DNA from: Candidatus Eiseniibacteriota bacterium
GTDB lineage: Bacteria > Eisenbacteria > RBG-16-71-46
Length of the DNA: 64,000 bases
Reading direction: 5' to 3'
Assembly: GCA_963717505.1 (NCBI GenBank)
Contig: OY970342.1
Coordinates: forward strand, 3,584,001-3,648,000
The first letter of the stretch is position 1; every line of letters begins with the position of its first letter. Shown in pieces: positions 21,172 through 34,349 of the stretch. The notes under the pieces are model-generated. The model had not been told where the DNA came from and ran no database searches. It saw only the letters and a program-made list of their open reading frames with translations. The translations under genes were made by a program, and so were the position numbers.

Positions 21172-23666
21172 CGACGGCTTCCGGATCGAAGCTCGACTTG
21201 CACTTCAGGCAGCGCAGCGTGGGACCCTTCTTGGTCTCCTTCTCCACCAGGAACGGCGCACCGCAGTTCGGGCACGGCGTGATGCGCGGCCGGTCCCAGG
21301 CCGCGAACGTGCAGTCCGGATAGCGCGTGCAGCCGTAGAACGTCTTGCCGCGCTTCGTGCGCCGCTCGGCGATCTCGCCCTTGCCGCACATCGGGCAGGG
21401 GATGCCGAGCGTGAACGGCTTGCGTGAACTTGCACTCGGGTCGCCGCTCGCAGTGGATGAAGCGCCCGTAGGGACCGTTGCGCGCGACCAGACCGGCGCC
21501 GCACAGTCGGGCAGGTGCCGTCCACCGGCACCGGCAGCTCCGGCGTCGTCGACCGGACGCGTGTACTTGCACTCGGGATAGCCCGGGCAGGCCAGGAACG
21601 CGCCCGCGCCGGCCGAACTTCTTGACCAGCATCTGGCCGCAGTTCGGGCAGATCGATGTCGGTCGGCTTCTTCGACCTTCTCGCGCAGCTTCTTGACGCT
21701 GCTTCTCGGCGCGCTCGAGGTCCTTGCTCAGCGGGTTCCACAGGTCGCGCACCACCTGCTGCCACTCCTGCTTACCTTCCTCGATGTCGTCCAGCTCGTC
21801 TTCCATGCCGGCGGTGAACGCGACGTCGAACACGTCGGGGAACGTCGTTGACCAGGAGCCGGTTCACGGTGCGTCCGAGGTCGGTCGGCACCAGGCGCCC
21901 GCGGTCGCGGTTCACGTACTGCGCGGCTGGTGATGGTGGTGACGATGGTGGCGTAGGTGCTCGGCCGGCCGATGTTCTCCTCTTCGAGCGCCTTGACCAG
22001 CGACGCCTCGGTGTAGCGCGGCGGCGGCTGGGTGAAGTGCTGGAGCGGACGCACGACCTCGGGCGCCGACTCGTCGTCCTCGGCCTGCAGGACCAGCGGC
22101 GCATGCGCCAGCCTGAGCGCCTCGCCGACCGCCAGCTCCGGCAGCCGGCCGTCGCGTTCATCGTCTTCCTCGTCGACGCCGTAGAGCTTCTGGAATCCGG
22201 GGAACTTGAGCACACGGCCGCTGGCCCTGAGGCCCAAGCGTCCGGCCTCGATGTCGACCGTGGTCGCCAGGTACTCGGCCGAGGCCGCCTGCGACGCCAC
22301 GGCTCGCTTCCAGATCAGGTCGTAGAGCTTGTACTGCTCCTCGGTCAGGAACGGCCGCACCGAATCCGGTGTGCGCGCGACGTCGCTCGGACGAATCGCC
22401 TCGTGCGCTTCCTGCGCCGATTTCCGCGCCTTGAACACGCGCGGCGAGTCGGGAACGTATTCGTCGCCCAGGTTCTGGCCGAGCCAGCCGCGAATCGCCG
22501 TGATCGCCTCGTCGGCCAGGCGCGGCGAATCGGTGCGCATGTAGGTGATCAGGCCGACGCTGCCTTCGCTGCCGAGATTGACGCCTTCGTAGAGCTGCTG
22601 CGCGACCTTCATCGTGCGCTTGGCTGGCGAACCCGAGGCGGTTGAACGCGATCTGCTGGAGCGTGCTGGTGATGAACGGCGGCCGCGGATGCACCTGACG
22701 CGGCGTGGTCTCGACCTCGCGCACCCGCGGGCTGGCCGCGGCCAGCTCGGTCGCCAGCGAGCGCGCGCGCGCCTCCGCGCCCTCGCCCCGCAGCTGACCG
22801 TGCTCCAGGTCCTCGTCGCCGACCCGGACCAGCCGCGCGGTGAAACGCTCCCCCGCGCGGTTCTCGAGTCCACCTCGAGCGTCCAGTATTCCTCCGGCAC
22901 GAACGCTTCGATCTCGTCCTCGCGATCGCACAGGAGCCGGAGCGCCACGCGTCTGCACCCGCCCGGCCGACAGTCCGAAGTAGAGCGTCTTCCACAGCAA
23001 CGGGCTCACCTTGTAGCCGACCAGACGGTCGAGCACGCGCCGCGCCTGCTGGGCGTTGACCAGGTTCATGTCGAGCGCCCGCGGGTGCTCGAGCGCCTGC
23101 TGCACCGCGCGCTCGGTGATCTCGTTGAAGGTCAGCCGCTGGATCGGCTTTTTGGCCGCCTTGAGCACCGAAGCCAGGTGCCAGGCGATCGCCTCGCCCT
23201 CGCGGTCGGGATCGGGCGCGAGGTAAATGCGCTCGGCGGTCTCGGCCGCGGTCTTGAGCCGCGCGATCGCCTGATTCTTGCTCACGATCGGCACGTACTC
23301 GGGCTCGAAGTCGTTCTCGATGTCGACACCGAGCTTGCTCTTCGGCAGGTCCATGATGTGGCCGTTGGAAGCGAGCACGGTGAATTTCTTCCCGAGGAAC
23401 TTGGTCAGCGTGCGCGACTTGGTCGGCGACTCGACGATGACCAGCGATTTCCCGGCGGCACTCGCCGGCGCCTTGGCGCGCGACTTCTTCGCCTTGGCCG
23501 ACGGCTTCTCCGTCGCCTCGGGACCCTCGGTCGGGGTCGAGGCCGTCTTTGCGGACTTACTACGCGTGACCTTCGGCTTGTCTTCCGCCACTTCGGTGGC
23601 GGGCGCCGGAGCCCGACGCCGGGATCGGGCTTCGGGAGCGCGTCCGCGACGCGCCGCGGGGCTCAA
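21164..23666 (-). CDS. topA: DNA topoisomerase I with C-terminal zinc ribbons (frameshifted in this sequence)
   Basis: LVIVESPTK, DPDREGEAI, SAGRVQ, ITYMRTDS, QEAHEAIRP, GIGRPSTY-like motif, several C4 ribbons. Confidence 0.96.
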
Positions 23667-24132
23667 TGCGCGACCTCGGCGTCCAGGGCCCCACCGTCGT
23701 CCGCGTCCACGTGCAGGGCCACCCGCACCGCGACCTCGCGGGCGGTGGCGACATCCGCCGGGTGCTCGCCGGCCGTGAGCACCTCGAGGACGCGTTCGAA
23801 CTGATCCGGGTCGAGCGAACCGCGCCGGCGCAGGTCGAGCAGGAAGCCCCAGGCCTCCGGCGTCAACGACTCGCGCTCCTCGGCGCTCGGCACGCGCAGC
23901 GCATGACGCCCGGAGCCGACGATCGGGCCGACCTCGCCCGGCTCGGCATTCGGCTCGAGCATGCTGCGCAGGACCAGCAGCGCCGCGTGCAGGTCCTCGC
24001 TCCCGGCCTGGGTCTGCTCGAGCGCCTCGCCCAGGGTCTCGAACGCGAGGTCATCCCCTTCCAGGTAGGCCTCGAGCCGCTCGGCGATGCGCTGCAGCAC
24101 GCGGAGCACGACGTCCGGTGATGGGGAGTTCT

Positions 24133-24136
<4 letters not shown>
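23663..24136 (-). CDS. Smg/DUF494-like protein
   Basis: [39 protein letters not shown] resembles the Smg core. Sits directly upstream of topA with 4-nt overlaps on both sides. Confidence 0.72.
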
Positions 24137-27141
<3,005 letters not shown>

Positions 27142-27208
27142 GCGGATCAGAATAGTGGCCGTGTCAAGCGACGGGTTGCGCACACGCGCGGCGGCCAACT
27201 GATGCACG

Positions 27209-27237
27209 ACGGCCCGGCGCCGTGGGCGCCGGGCCGT
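27209..27237 (-). terminator. GC-rich hairpin downstream of the cold-shock gene
   Basis: Perfect 13-bp inverted repeat acggcccggcgcc-gtg-ggcgccgggccgt. No U-tract. Confidence 0.5.
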
Positions 27238-27261
27238 GAACGCTCCGAGTGGTCGTGGTTT

Positions 27262-27465
27262 TCAGTGGACTTTGATCACGTGGGACGCCTCCGCGCCCCG
27301 ATCGCTTTGCTTGATGTCGAATTCCACTTGCTCACCTTCACTGAGTGAGCGGAAGCCTCTGCCTTCGATCGCGGAGTGGTGAACAAAGACGTCCTGCTCG
27401 CCCTCCGCGGCAATGAATCCGTACCCCTTTACATGGTTGAACCACTTCACGGTGCCACGTGCCAT
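27262..27465 (-). CDS. Cold-shock protein (CspA family)
   Basis: MARGTVKWFNHVKGYGFI...DVFVHHSAIEGRGFRSLSEGEQVEF. GGAGG RBS. Confidence 0.96.
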   Translation of the reverse strand: MARGTVKWFNHVKGYGFIAAEGEQDVFVHHSAIEGRGFRSLSEGEQVEFDIKQSDRGAEASHVIKVH

Positions 27466-27635
27466 GGACATTCCTCCATGTAGGCCGCCGGAGCACGACC
27501 TGGAGCTGTTCGCAGGGTGCGCCCCGATCGGGACCGGGTCAAGGGGATTGCTCCCACTTGATGAATCTTTGTCGCGGGCGCGACCGGTACCGGACCGAGG
27601 CCCGGCTTCTCGGGGCGCCGAAGTCCGCGAACTGC

Positions 27636-28550
27636 TCAAGCGGCGCGCGGTTGCCGCCGGCTGTGGGCCTCGACCAGGGCACGGGCGCCGGCATGGCCGG
27701 GCTCGACGTCCAGGACCCACTGAGCCTGCTCGACCGCCTCCGGAATCCGCGAGACCGCTTCGAGCGCCTGCGCGAAGCGTACGCGGGCATCGTGGAACTC
27801 GGGGTGCAGCTCGAGGGCGCGACCCAGCGAGGCCAGGGCGTCGTCCGCCAGACCCATGCGCAGCTCGGCGGATCCCATGAGGTAATGCAGGTCGGGGTAG
27901 GCGTCGTGGTGCGCAACCACTTCCTCGATCGACGCGAGTGCTCGCTCGCAGTCCCCGGCGCGCATGTGCTCGTGGTAGCGCGCGATCCGCTCCTGCAGTT
28001 CGGGATCCGGCATCTGGAAACCGCGGCGGAGGAAAGCGTCTGCTCCCTCCCAATCGGCGAACTCCAGTCGCTTGACCCCCTGCAGGAACGCGCCGCGGTC
28101 CTGAATCGGTGCGTCCTCGGCCAACGACTTGAGCGCCAGCACGGCCTCGCCCACCATGCCGTCGCGGGCGTCGAGCAACGCCAGCTCGACCCGAGCCGCC
28201 ACATAACGAGGATTGATCTGCAGCGCGCGCTCGAGCGCGCGACGCGCGTCCAGGCGCCGCCCGTGGCCGAGCAACACGCAAGCATGGCGATGCTGGAGGT
28301 CGGCGAAGCGCGGTCGCAGCTCGGTGGCGCGCGCCAGAGCGCGCTCCGCGGACTGGAGGTCGCCGGCGCGCTCCGCGTGGCGCCCCACTTCCGCGAACGC
28401 GAGTGCTGCCGGAGTCGCCAATGCCGAACGCGAGCCGGCGGCCAGCGTCTGCTCGATCCGGCGGCACGCGTCGCGGATGCGACCGGTGCGGGCCAGCTCG
28501 ACGGCGGCGCCGAACTCCGAGGGTGCTTGATCGTCGGGCCGAGGCTTCAT
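27636..28550 (-). CDS. Tetratricopeptide repeat protein
   Basis: Repeats ALARATELRPRFADL, ALQINPRYVAA, ALELHPEFHDA. ATGA overlap with the upstream gene. Confidence 0.85.
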   Translation of the reverse strand: MKPRPDDQAPSEFGAAVELARTGRIRDACRRIEQTLAAGSRSALATPAALAFAEVGRHAERAGDLQSAERALARATELRPRFADLQHRHACVLLGHGRRLDARRALERALQINPRYVAARVELALLDARDGMVGEAVLALKSLAEDAPIQDRGAFLQGVKRLEFADWEGADAFLRRGFQMPDPELQERIARYHEHMRAGDCERALASIEEVVAHHDAYPDLHYLMGSAELRMGLADDALASLGRALELHPEFHDARVRFAQALEAVSRIPEAVEQAQWVLDVEPGHAGARALVEAHSRRQPRAA

Positions 28551-29161
28551 GCCATGGTCGCTGCCAGCAGTTTCATCGCGTATCCCGAGAACAAAGTCAT
28601 GCCCAGGTTGTCGTCGAAGGGTATCGGCAGGAACTCGACCAGACTTGCGACCAGCGCCCCGACGACCACGACGCGAACGTCGAGCAAGCCGGCCCCCGCG
28701 AGGTAGGCCGCCCAGGCCAGACAGGCGAGGAGTCCGGCCAGGGCGCCCTCGACCGTCTTGCCGAAGAACCGAATGCGTCCGTGCGCGCGACCGACCACCG
28801 CGGCCGACGCGTCGCCCAGCACCGTAAACCCCACCGCGGCGGCGGCGATCGGTCGCGGAAACAAGTCGACGGCGAGCAGGGTCGCGAGCAACAGGTAGGT
28901 GGAGCCCATGAGGGCCGTATGCTCGTGGCGTCGAATCATGTCTCCGAAGAATCGCCGGAAGAATCCGCGCACGTTCCGGTCGTGAATGCGAAACACGTCG
29001 ATCAGCATCGCGCCGGCCACCAGCAACGCCAGCAGCACCGTCCACTCGCCGCGCGATTGCGGCCACGGCAGCCATGGATGGACCATCGCCAGCGGCACGA
29101 TCAGGAACGACAGGTGGATCGCCTTGCGGCCGATTTCGGCGCGCAGTCCGGTGGCGGTCAT
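28547..29161 (-). CDS. Phytol/dolichol kinase-like (CTP-dependent) membrane protein
   Basis: RKAIH, GDASAAVVG, GKTVEG, DDNL motifs with multiple TM helices. Confidence 0.85.
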   Translation of the reverse strand: MTATGLRAEIGRKAIHLSFLIVPLAMVHPWLPWPQSRGEWTVLLALLVAGAMLIDVFRIHDRNVRGFFRRFFGDMIRRHEHTALMGSTYLLLATLLAVDLFPRPIAAAAVGFTVLGDASAAVVGRAHGRIRFFGKTVEGALAGLLACLAWAAYLAGAGLLDVRVVVVGALVASLVEFLPIPFDDNLGMTLFSGYAMKLLAATMA

Positions 29162-30033
29162 CGCCGCGCCTCGACGTAGACGTAGGCGCCGCGGCACACG
29201 CGCAGCAATACGTCGTCCCAGCGCCGGAACCAACGCGCGATCCACGGCCGCCACGCCGCCGGCATGCTCAGCTTGGGCGCCAGGTACCACCAGAACGGCA
29301 GGGTCGTGATCACGCGCGCGCCCGGAAAGCGAGCGGCCACCTGACCGACGATCGATTCCTGCGAGATGCCTTCGAACGGCGAGGCGTCGTGGAGGACGTC
29401 GCTCCCGCCGCGTTCGAGTGCGGCGCGCTTGGCCGACTCGCTGGCCAGGAACGATCCCAGCCGCCGGCGCAGACGCCACTTCTCCGGATACGGCATCGAG
29501 GTCGGCAGCACGGCGTAGAGGATTGCGGCCAGTGCCCGCGCCGGACGGGTCATGCCGATGTAGTCGATGGCCAGGAACGCGCCGCCCGGGCGCAGGACCC
29601 TTTGGATCTCGTCGAAGACGTGCGCGAGCTCGGCGATGTGGTGCAGGGAATCATGCGCGATCACGCTGTCGAACGGTCCGTCCGGAAGCCGCATGGTGTT
29701 GAGGTCACCGACCAGGAACTCGGGCTCGGGACCCGAGCTTCCGACACGCCGGCGCGCTTCCCGAATCCGCTCGGGCGAAAGATCCACGGCGGTCACCTCG
29801 AGCCCGCGGCCGGCCAGCTCGAGTGCCAGGTCGCCCTCGCCGCAGCCCAGCTCGAGCACGCGCGGACCGTTCTCGACGATGCGCGCGCGAAAGCGGCGCT
29901 CGAGATCGCCGAAGAAGATCTCCTGGAGGACAGGATCGTCCCAGATCTGGCGATTGCGCGGATCGTGCGGCGACCCGCCCCAATGGTCTGCCTCGCGGCG
30001 CGCCAGGGTCTCGTAGCGGGTCGTGCCCACCAC
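29158..30033 (-). CDS. Class I SAM-dependent methyltransferase
   Basis: VLELGCGEG, AVDLS, FDSV..SLHH, RVLRPGG. Confidence 0.9.
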   Translation of the reverse strand: MVGTTRYETLARREADHWGGSPHDPRNRQIWDDPVLQEIFFGDLERRFRARIVENGPRVLELGCGEGDLALELAGRGLEVTAVDLSPERIREARRRVGSSGPEPEFLVGDLNTMRLPDGPFDSVIAHDSLHHIAELAHVFDEIQRVLRPGGAFLAIDYIGMTRPARALAAILYAVLPTSMPYPEKWRLRRRLGSFLASESAKRAALERGGSDVLHDASPFEGISQESIVGQVAARFPGARVITTLPFWWYLAPKLSMPAAWRPWIARWFRRWDDVLLRVCRGAYVYVEARR

Positions 30034-30043
30034 CGATTCCCGA

Positions 30044-32263
30044 CTACTCGAAACGGGGCCGCAGCGAGCGGGCCGCCTGCCACGCGCCGAGGACGACTCT
30101 TACATAGTGGTGGGTCTGCCCGTAGGTGATGAGCTCACAGGCCAGCGCCTCTCCGCCCGGATCCGGCAGCTGGGCCCAGGGCCTCGCCCCGGTGGGTCCG
30201 GCGTTGTAGGCGGCGATCGCCATGGTCCTGCGTCCGTCGAAGTAGCCGGCGATGCGGTCGAGATAGCCGGAGCCCAACCGAACGTTGCGGCCGGGGCGGA
30301 ACAGGTCCTGCTCGTGCGGCAATGGCAGCCGCATCAGGCGAGCCTGTTCGCGAGCGGTGGCGAGCTTGAGCTGCATCAGGCCGAGCGCGTTGCTCGTAGA
30401 GCGCGCCAGCGTATCGAAGCGGCTCTCCTGCCAGGTGACCGCGTAGAGCAGCGCCGTCGAATCGGTCCATGCCCCGTGCGGGGCGAACAGGTCGGCATGC
30501 GCCGGCGGATACATCCAAGGCACCACGCTCCAGCGCGCGAGCGCGTCGCCCGGGGGGATCTCGTCGTAGGCCAGCCGCGCGTAGCGAATCCCCGCTCCCC
30601 ACGCGCCGGCGCCAAAGCTGACCGAGGCGGCGGCCAGGAGATGACGCCACCTCGGTTCCCCCCCGTCGACCGGCTGCGCCGACCACGAGGGCACCTGGAG
30701 GAGGTCGGGTGTGCCGGGAGATTCGTAGGGCGAGTGTCCGATGCCGGCGCTCGGAGCAGCGCTGCCGACGTCGAGTCGCCAGCGCTCGAGTGTGCGCAGC
30801 GCCTCGTCGGTCGCGCCGACCGCGACCAGGCGCGCCGCGTGTCGGATGGTCGGGTGCGGCCGCTCGGCCGCGGTCGCAATCACCCGCGGCCAATCCAGCG
30901 TCTGCAGCGACTCGCGCGCGGCCACGCGATAGAAGTCGAAGCCGGGGCGGCTGGCCAGCAACCGAAGCAAGGAGTCGGCTCGCCCACTGCTCGAGTCCAG
31001 GACCGAGATCCAGAAGACGCCGCCCTCGACCCCCGAGCGCGCGAACCAGTCGCGCGCCCGATCGACGTCGCCGTTTCGCAGGTGCTCGATGCCGACCCGG
31101 GCCGCGGCCGTCCCGGCGCCATCACCGCCTCGTTCGGCGAGCCGCGCCGCGGCCCGCAGCACTTCCGGCCCGAGTCCGCTGGTTTCGGCGACGCGAATCG
31201 CCTCGGCGTCCGCGGTGTCGGCGAGCAGCGGATCGGCCGCCAGCGAGGCGGCACGCTCGTACGCGCGCAACGCGCGGTCCGTCGCTCCCGCGTCGCGATG
31301 GATCCGCGCGCGTTCGAGCGAGATCGCGGCCCGACGATGATCCTCGGTCACGCCGTGTTCCGCCTCGGACGCTGCAGCCAGCGCCGAATCGAAGTTTCGC
31401 AGCTCGCGTAGCAACGCGGCCCGGCGAAGCGTCGCCGACCAGCGCGCGGCGTCGTCCAGTCGCGGCTCGACCGCGGACAGCCGTTGGATCGCGGCGCGCT
31501 TGTCCCCCGCCAAGGCTTCGGCCTCGGCCGCAGCCAGCTCGTCTCCGACCGGCGAGAGCGTCCCACGCGCGGCACGCCACGCCTCGAGATCTGCGATCGC
31601 CCGCAGGGCGACCGGTGTCTCCGGATGGTTCTGGACCACTCGGCGCGCCAGCGTTTCGGCGCCCGCCGTGTCCTGCATCGCCAGGCGCAGGCGAGCCCTG
31701 CGATAGAGCCACGCCGACACCTCGAGCGGAGTCCATCCTGAAGGAGAAGCCGACGCCAACAACGAATCGGCTGCCGCCGGCCGACCGGTGAGCAAATCGG
31801 TCCGGCCGCGCAACGCCTCCCATTGCCAGGGCCCCGGCGTGCGCGCCAGCTCGGCCCACATGGCATCGGCTTCGGCGAACTCGCCGCGCTGCTGAGCCCA
31901 GGTCGCCAGTCGGCCCAAGGCCGAGGGCCTCAGGTAGGGATCGTCGGTCAGTGCCGCCCACGCGAGAACGCTGTCGCGGTTGGTGCGCGCCGACCGGATT
32001 CGGCCCGCCAGGTCCGCGGGAACCACCGGCGCGTTCTCGACCCAGATTACCGAGCCATCGGCGGAGACTCGCGCCGGTTGCAACAAGCCGCCGGCCGCGG
32101 CGAGCACTGATGTCGAGTGGAGACTCGCGGCGAACAGCACCGACAGCAGGGCCACGGCAGCCCCGGTGCCGAGGCGCCCGGTTCGCCCGTTGGCGGGTCG
32201 GGTCAATACACCCAGGGAACCGGGTTCGGCGAGGGAGTCCTCAGGAGTGGAGTTCATTCCCAT
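30044..32263 (-). CDS. Soluble lytic murein transglycosylase (Slt70-like, helical repeats plus SLT domain)
   Basis: C-terminal QESRF (catalytic Glu), ALGLMQL, AAYNAG, THHYV. Confidence 0.88.
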   Translation of the reverse strand: MGMNSTPEDSLAEPGSLGVLTRPANGRTGRLGTGAAVALLSVLFAASLHSTSVLAAAGGLLQPARVSADGSVIWVENAPVVPADLAGRIRSARTNRDSVLAWAALTDDPYLRPSALGRLATWAQQRGEFAEADAMWAELARTPGPWQWEALRGRTDLLTGRPAAADSLLASASPSGWTPLEVSAWLYRRARLRLAMQDTAGAETLARRVVQNHPETPVALRAIADLEAWRAARGTLSPVGDELAAAEAEALAGDKRAAIQRLSAVEPRLDDAARWSATLRRAALLRELRNFDSALAAASEAEHGVTEDHRRAAISLERARIHRDAGATDRALRAYERAASLAADPLLADTADAEAIRVAETSGLGPEVLRAAARLAERGGDGAGTAAARVGIEHLRNGDVDRARDWFARSGVEGGVFWISVLDSSSGRADSLLRLLASRPGFDFYRVAARESLQTLDWPRVIATAAERPHPTIRHAARLVAVGATDEALRTLERWRLDVGSAAPSAGIGHSPYESPGTPDLLQVPSWSAQPVDGGEPRWRHLLAAASVSFGAGAWGAGIRYARLAYDEIPPGDALARWSVVPWMYPPAHADLFAPHGAWTDSTALLYAVTWQESRFDTLARSTSNALGLMQLKLATAREQARLMRLPLPHEQDLFRPGRNVRLGSGYLDRIAGYFDGRRTMAIAAYNAGPTGARPWAQLPDPGGEALACELITYGQTHHYVRVVLGAWQAARSLRPRFE

Positions 32264-33858
32264 TCGATCGTCGCCGGAGGCTTGCTGGTACAGTCGAAAA
32301 CGACGCGGTTCACGCCGCGGATTTCGTTCGCGATCCGCCCGGCGGCCCGGGCCAGCAGCGACGCCGGCAGGCGCGTCCAGTCGGCGGTCATCCCATCCTC
32401 GCTGTTGACCGCCCGGAGCGCGATGACTTTCTCGTACGAGCGCTCATCACCCTTGACTCCGACCGTGTGCACCGGCAGCAACACCGCGAACGCCTGCCAG
32501 GTTCGGTCGTACCACTTCGCCCGGCGCAGCTCTTCGATGAAGATCGCGTCGGCGCGGCGCAGGATTTCGAGGTCGCCGTCGTTCACCGGACCGAGGATGC
32601 GCACCGCCAGCCCGGGACCGGGGAACGGATGCCGGCCGATCAGGTGCGCCGGCAGCTCCAGCTCGCGGCCGAGGGTTCGCACCTCGTCCTTGAACAACCA
32701 GCGCAGCGGCTCGACCAGTTTCAAGTGCATGCGTTCTGGCAGGCCCCCGACGTTGTGGTGCGTCTTGATGACCTGGGCGCCCCACCCCGCCGAGGCGCTC
32801 TCGATCACGTCCGGATACAACGTTCCCTGAGCCAGGAACTCGACCGGACCGATCCGCCGCGCCTCCTCTTCGAACACCGCGATGAACTCGTTGCCGATGA
32901 TCTTTCGTTTCCGCTCCGGGTCCTCGACCCCGGCCAACCGGTCGAGAAAGCGCCGTCGCGCATCGACCACGATCACGTGCAGGCCTCGGCGAGCACCCAG
33001 CTCGTAGGCGACCTCCTCGGCCTCCCCCGCACGCAACAGACCATGGTCGACCAGCACGCAGGTCAGTCGCCGCCCGACCGCGCGATGACACAGTGTCGCG
33101 ACCACCGTGCTGTCGACGCCGCCCGACAGCCCGCAGAGAATGTGCCCGTCGGGACCCACCTGCCGGCGAATCGCGGTCACCGCCTCGCGCAGAAAACCCT
33201 TCATGGTCCAGCCGCCTTTGAGCCGCGCGACCCCGAACAGGAAGTTGTGGAGCACGCGGCGGCCGTGGGGCGAGTGGACGACCTCGGGGTGGAACTGGAT
33301 CAGGTGGAACGGGAGCTCCTCATGCCGCGCGCCGGCGAATGCGCAGTTCGACGTGTGCGCGACCCGCACCCAGCCGGCCGGCAACTGCTGCACTTCGTCG
33401 CCGTGGCTCATCCACGCCCGGAATCGCTTTGGCAGTCCGGCGAACAGCGGCGAGCGGCCGTCCTGAACGAAGGTCGCGTGCCCGTATTCGGCGCGCTCGG
33501 CCTTGGCGACCACGCCGCCCAGGAGTTGAGCCGTGGCCTGGAAGCCGTAGCAGATGCCGAGCAGCGGCTTGCCCATCGCGTAGATCGCGGGGTCGGGCAG
33601 CGGCGACTCGGCGCGATAGCCGCTCGCCGGCGAACCCGAAAGGATCAGGGCACGCGGACGACGCCGGGCGATGTCGGCGGCCGGCGTCGTTCCCGGCAGG
33701 ATCTCGGAGAAGACCCCCAGCTCACGCACGCGCCGCGCGATCAGCTGCGTGTATTGCGAGCCGAAGTCCAGGATCAGGACCAGCTCGCGCGCGGTGCGCG
33801 CGGGTGCGACGTCGGGCTTCATGGTCTCGGTTTCGGCCAGGGTCGCCTCGGGGCTCAC
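32254..33858 (-). CDS. guaA: GMP synthase (glutamine-hydrolysing)
   Basis: LDFGSQYTQLIARR, GICYG, QFHPEV, SGGVDS, IKTHHNVGG, KPPATIEWE. Confidence 0.99.
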   Translation of the reverse strand: MSPEATLAETETMKPDVAPARTARELVLILDFGSQYTQLIARRVRELGVFSEILPGTTPAADIARRRPRALILSGSPASGYRAESPLPDPAIYAMGKPLLGICYGFQATAQLLGGVVAKAERAEYGHATFVQDGRSPLFAGLPKRFRAWMSHGDEVQQLPAGWVRVAHTSNCAFAGARHEELPFHLIQFHPEVVHSPHGRRVLHNFLFGVARLKGGWTMKGFLREAVTAIRRQVGPDGHILCGLSGGVDSTVVATLCHRAVGRRLTCVLVDHGLLRAGEAEEVAYELGARRGLHVIVVDARRRFLDRLAGVEDPERKRKIIGNEFIAVFEEEARRIGPVEFLAQGTLYPDVIESASAGWGAQVIKTHHNVGGLPERMHLKLVEPLRWLFKDEVRTLGRELELPAHLIGRHPFPGPGLAVRILGPVNDGDLEILRRADAIFIEELRRAKWYDRTWQAFAVLLPVHTVGVKGDERSYEKVIALRAVNSEDGMTADWTRLPASLLARAAGRIANEIRGVNRVVFDCTSKPPATIEWE

Positions 33859-33928
33859 GAATCCCTCCAGAGTCCGGGTCGGGCGGCGTGCGAGCCGGCC
33901 CGTTCGACCGTTCCTCGCCGCAAGGTCG

Positions 33929-34330
33929 TCATTCGAGGATCACATGATACTCGGTCTCGGAGCGATCGAAGTGCCCGTTGGACAGTGAAACCACTTCGAC
34001 CCGCCCCTCGCCCGCATTCTTGAACGCGTGCAGCGTCCGCGGCTCGATGCGCACCAGGAATCCGCCGGGTCCTTCGCGCCGCTCGTGCCGGAGCTCCGAA
34101 TCCGGCGACGTCCGCCACGCGACCTCGACCGCATCGTCGTGGCGCAGGAACACGACCTCCCGCCGATCGCGGTGCAAGTGATTGCCGCGCACCTTGCCCG
34201 GCGCGATCGCGACCACGTGGATCTCGACGATGTTCCCGAGCCAGGCGAGGGTTTCCGAATCGAAGAAGAACGCCGAGCCGCGACCGTCGTTGCGGTCGTC
34301 GAGTGGCAGGATTGCGAAGGGCCCGGACAT
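33929..34330 (-). CDS. Cupin-fold protein (WxcM/FdtA-like C-terminal domain)
   Basis: DGRGS, PGKVRGNHLH...E and PRTLHAFKN cupin motifs. Confidence 0.75.
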   Translation of the reverse strand: MSGPFAILPLDDRNDGRGSAFFFDSETLAWLGNIVEIHVVAIAPGKVRGNHLHRDRREVVFLRHDDAVEVAWRTSPDSELRHERREGPGGFLVRIEPRTLHAFKNAGEGRVEVVSLSNGHFDRSETEYHVILE

Positions 34331-34349
34331 TCCGTGTCCTCGTGGGTGG

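Noticed and set aside
16622-23666. Pseudogenes or programmed frameshifting in dapB/dapA/dapF/xerC/topA (also trpS, scpAB, glgC)
   Set aside because: Many essential genes carry multiple indels while their motifs remain intact. Sequencing error is far more parsimonious.
33859-33928. Purine riboswitch upstream of guaA
   Set aside because: The region is short and I see no purine-aptamer consensus elements.
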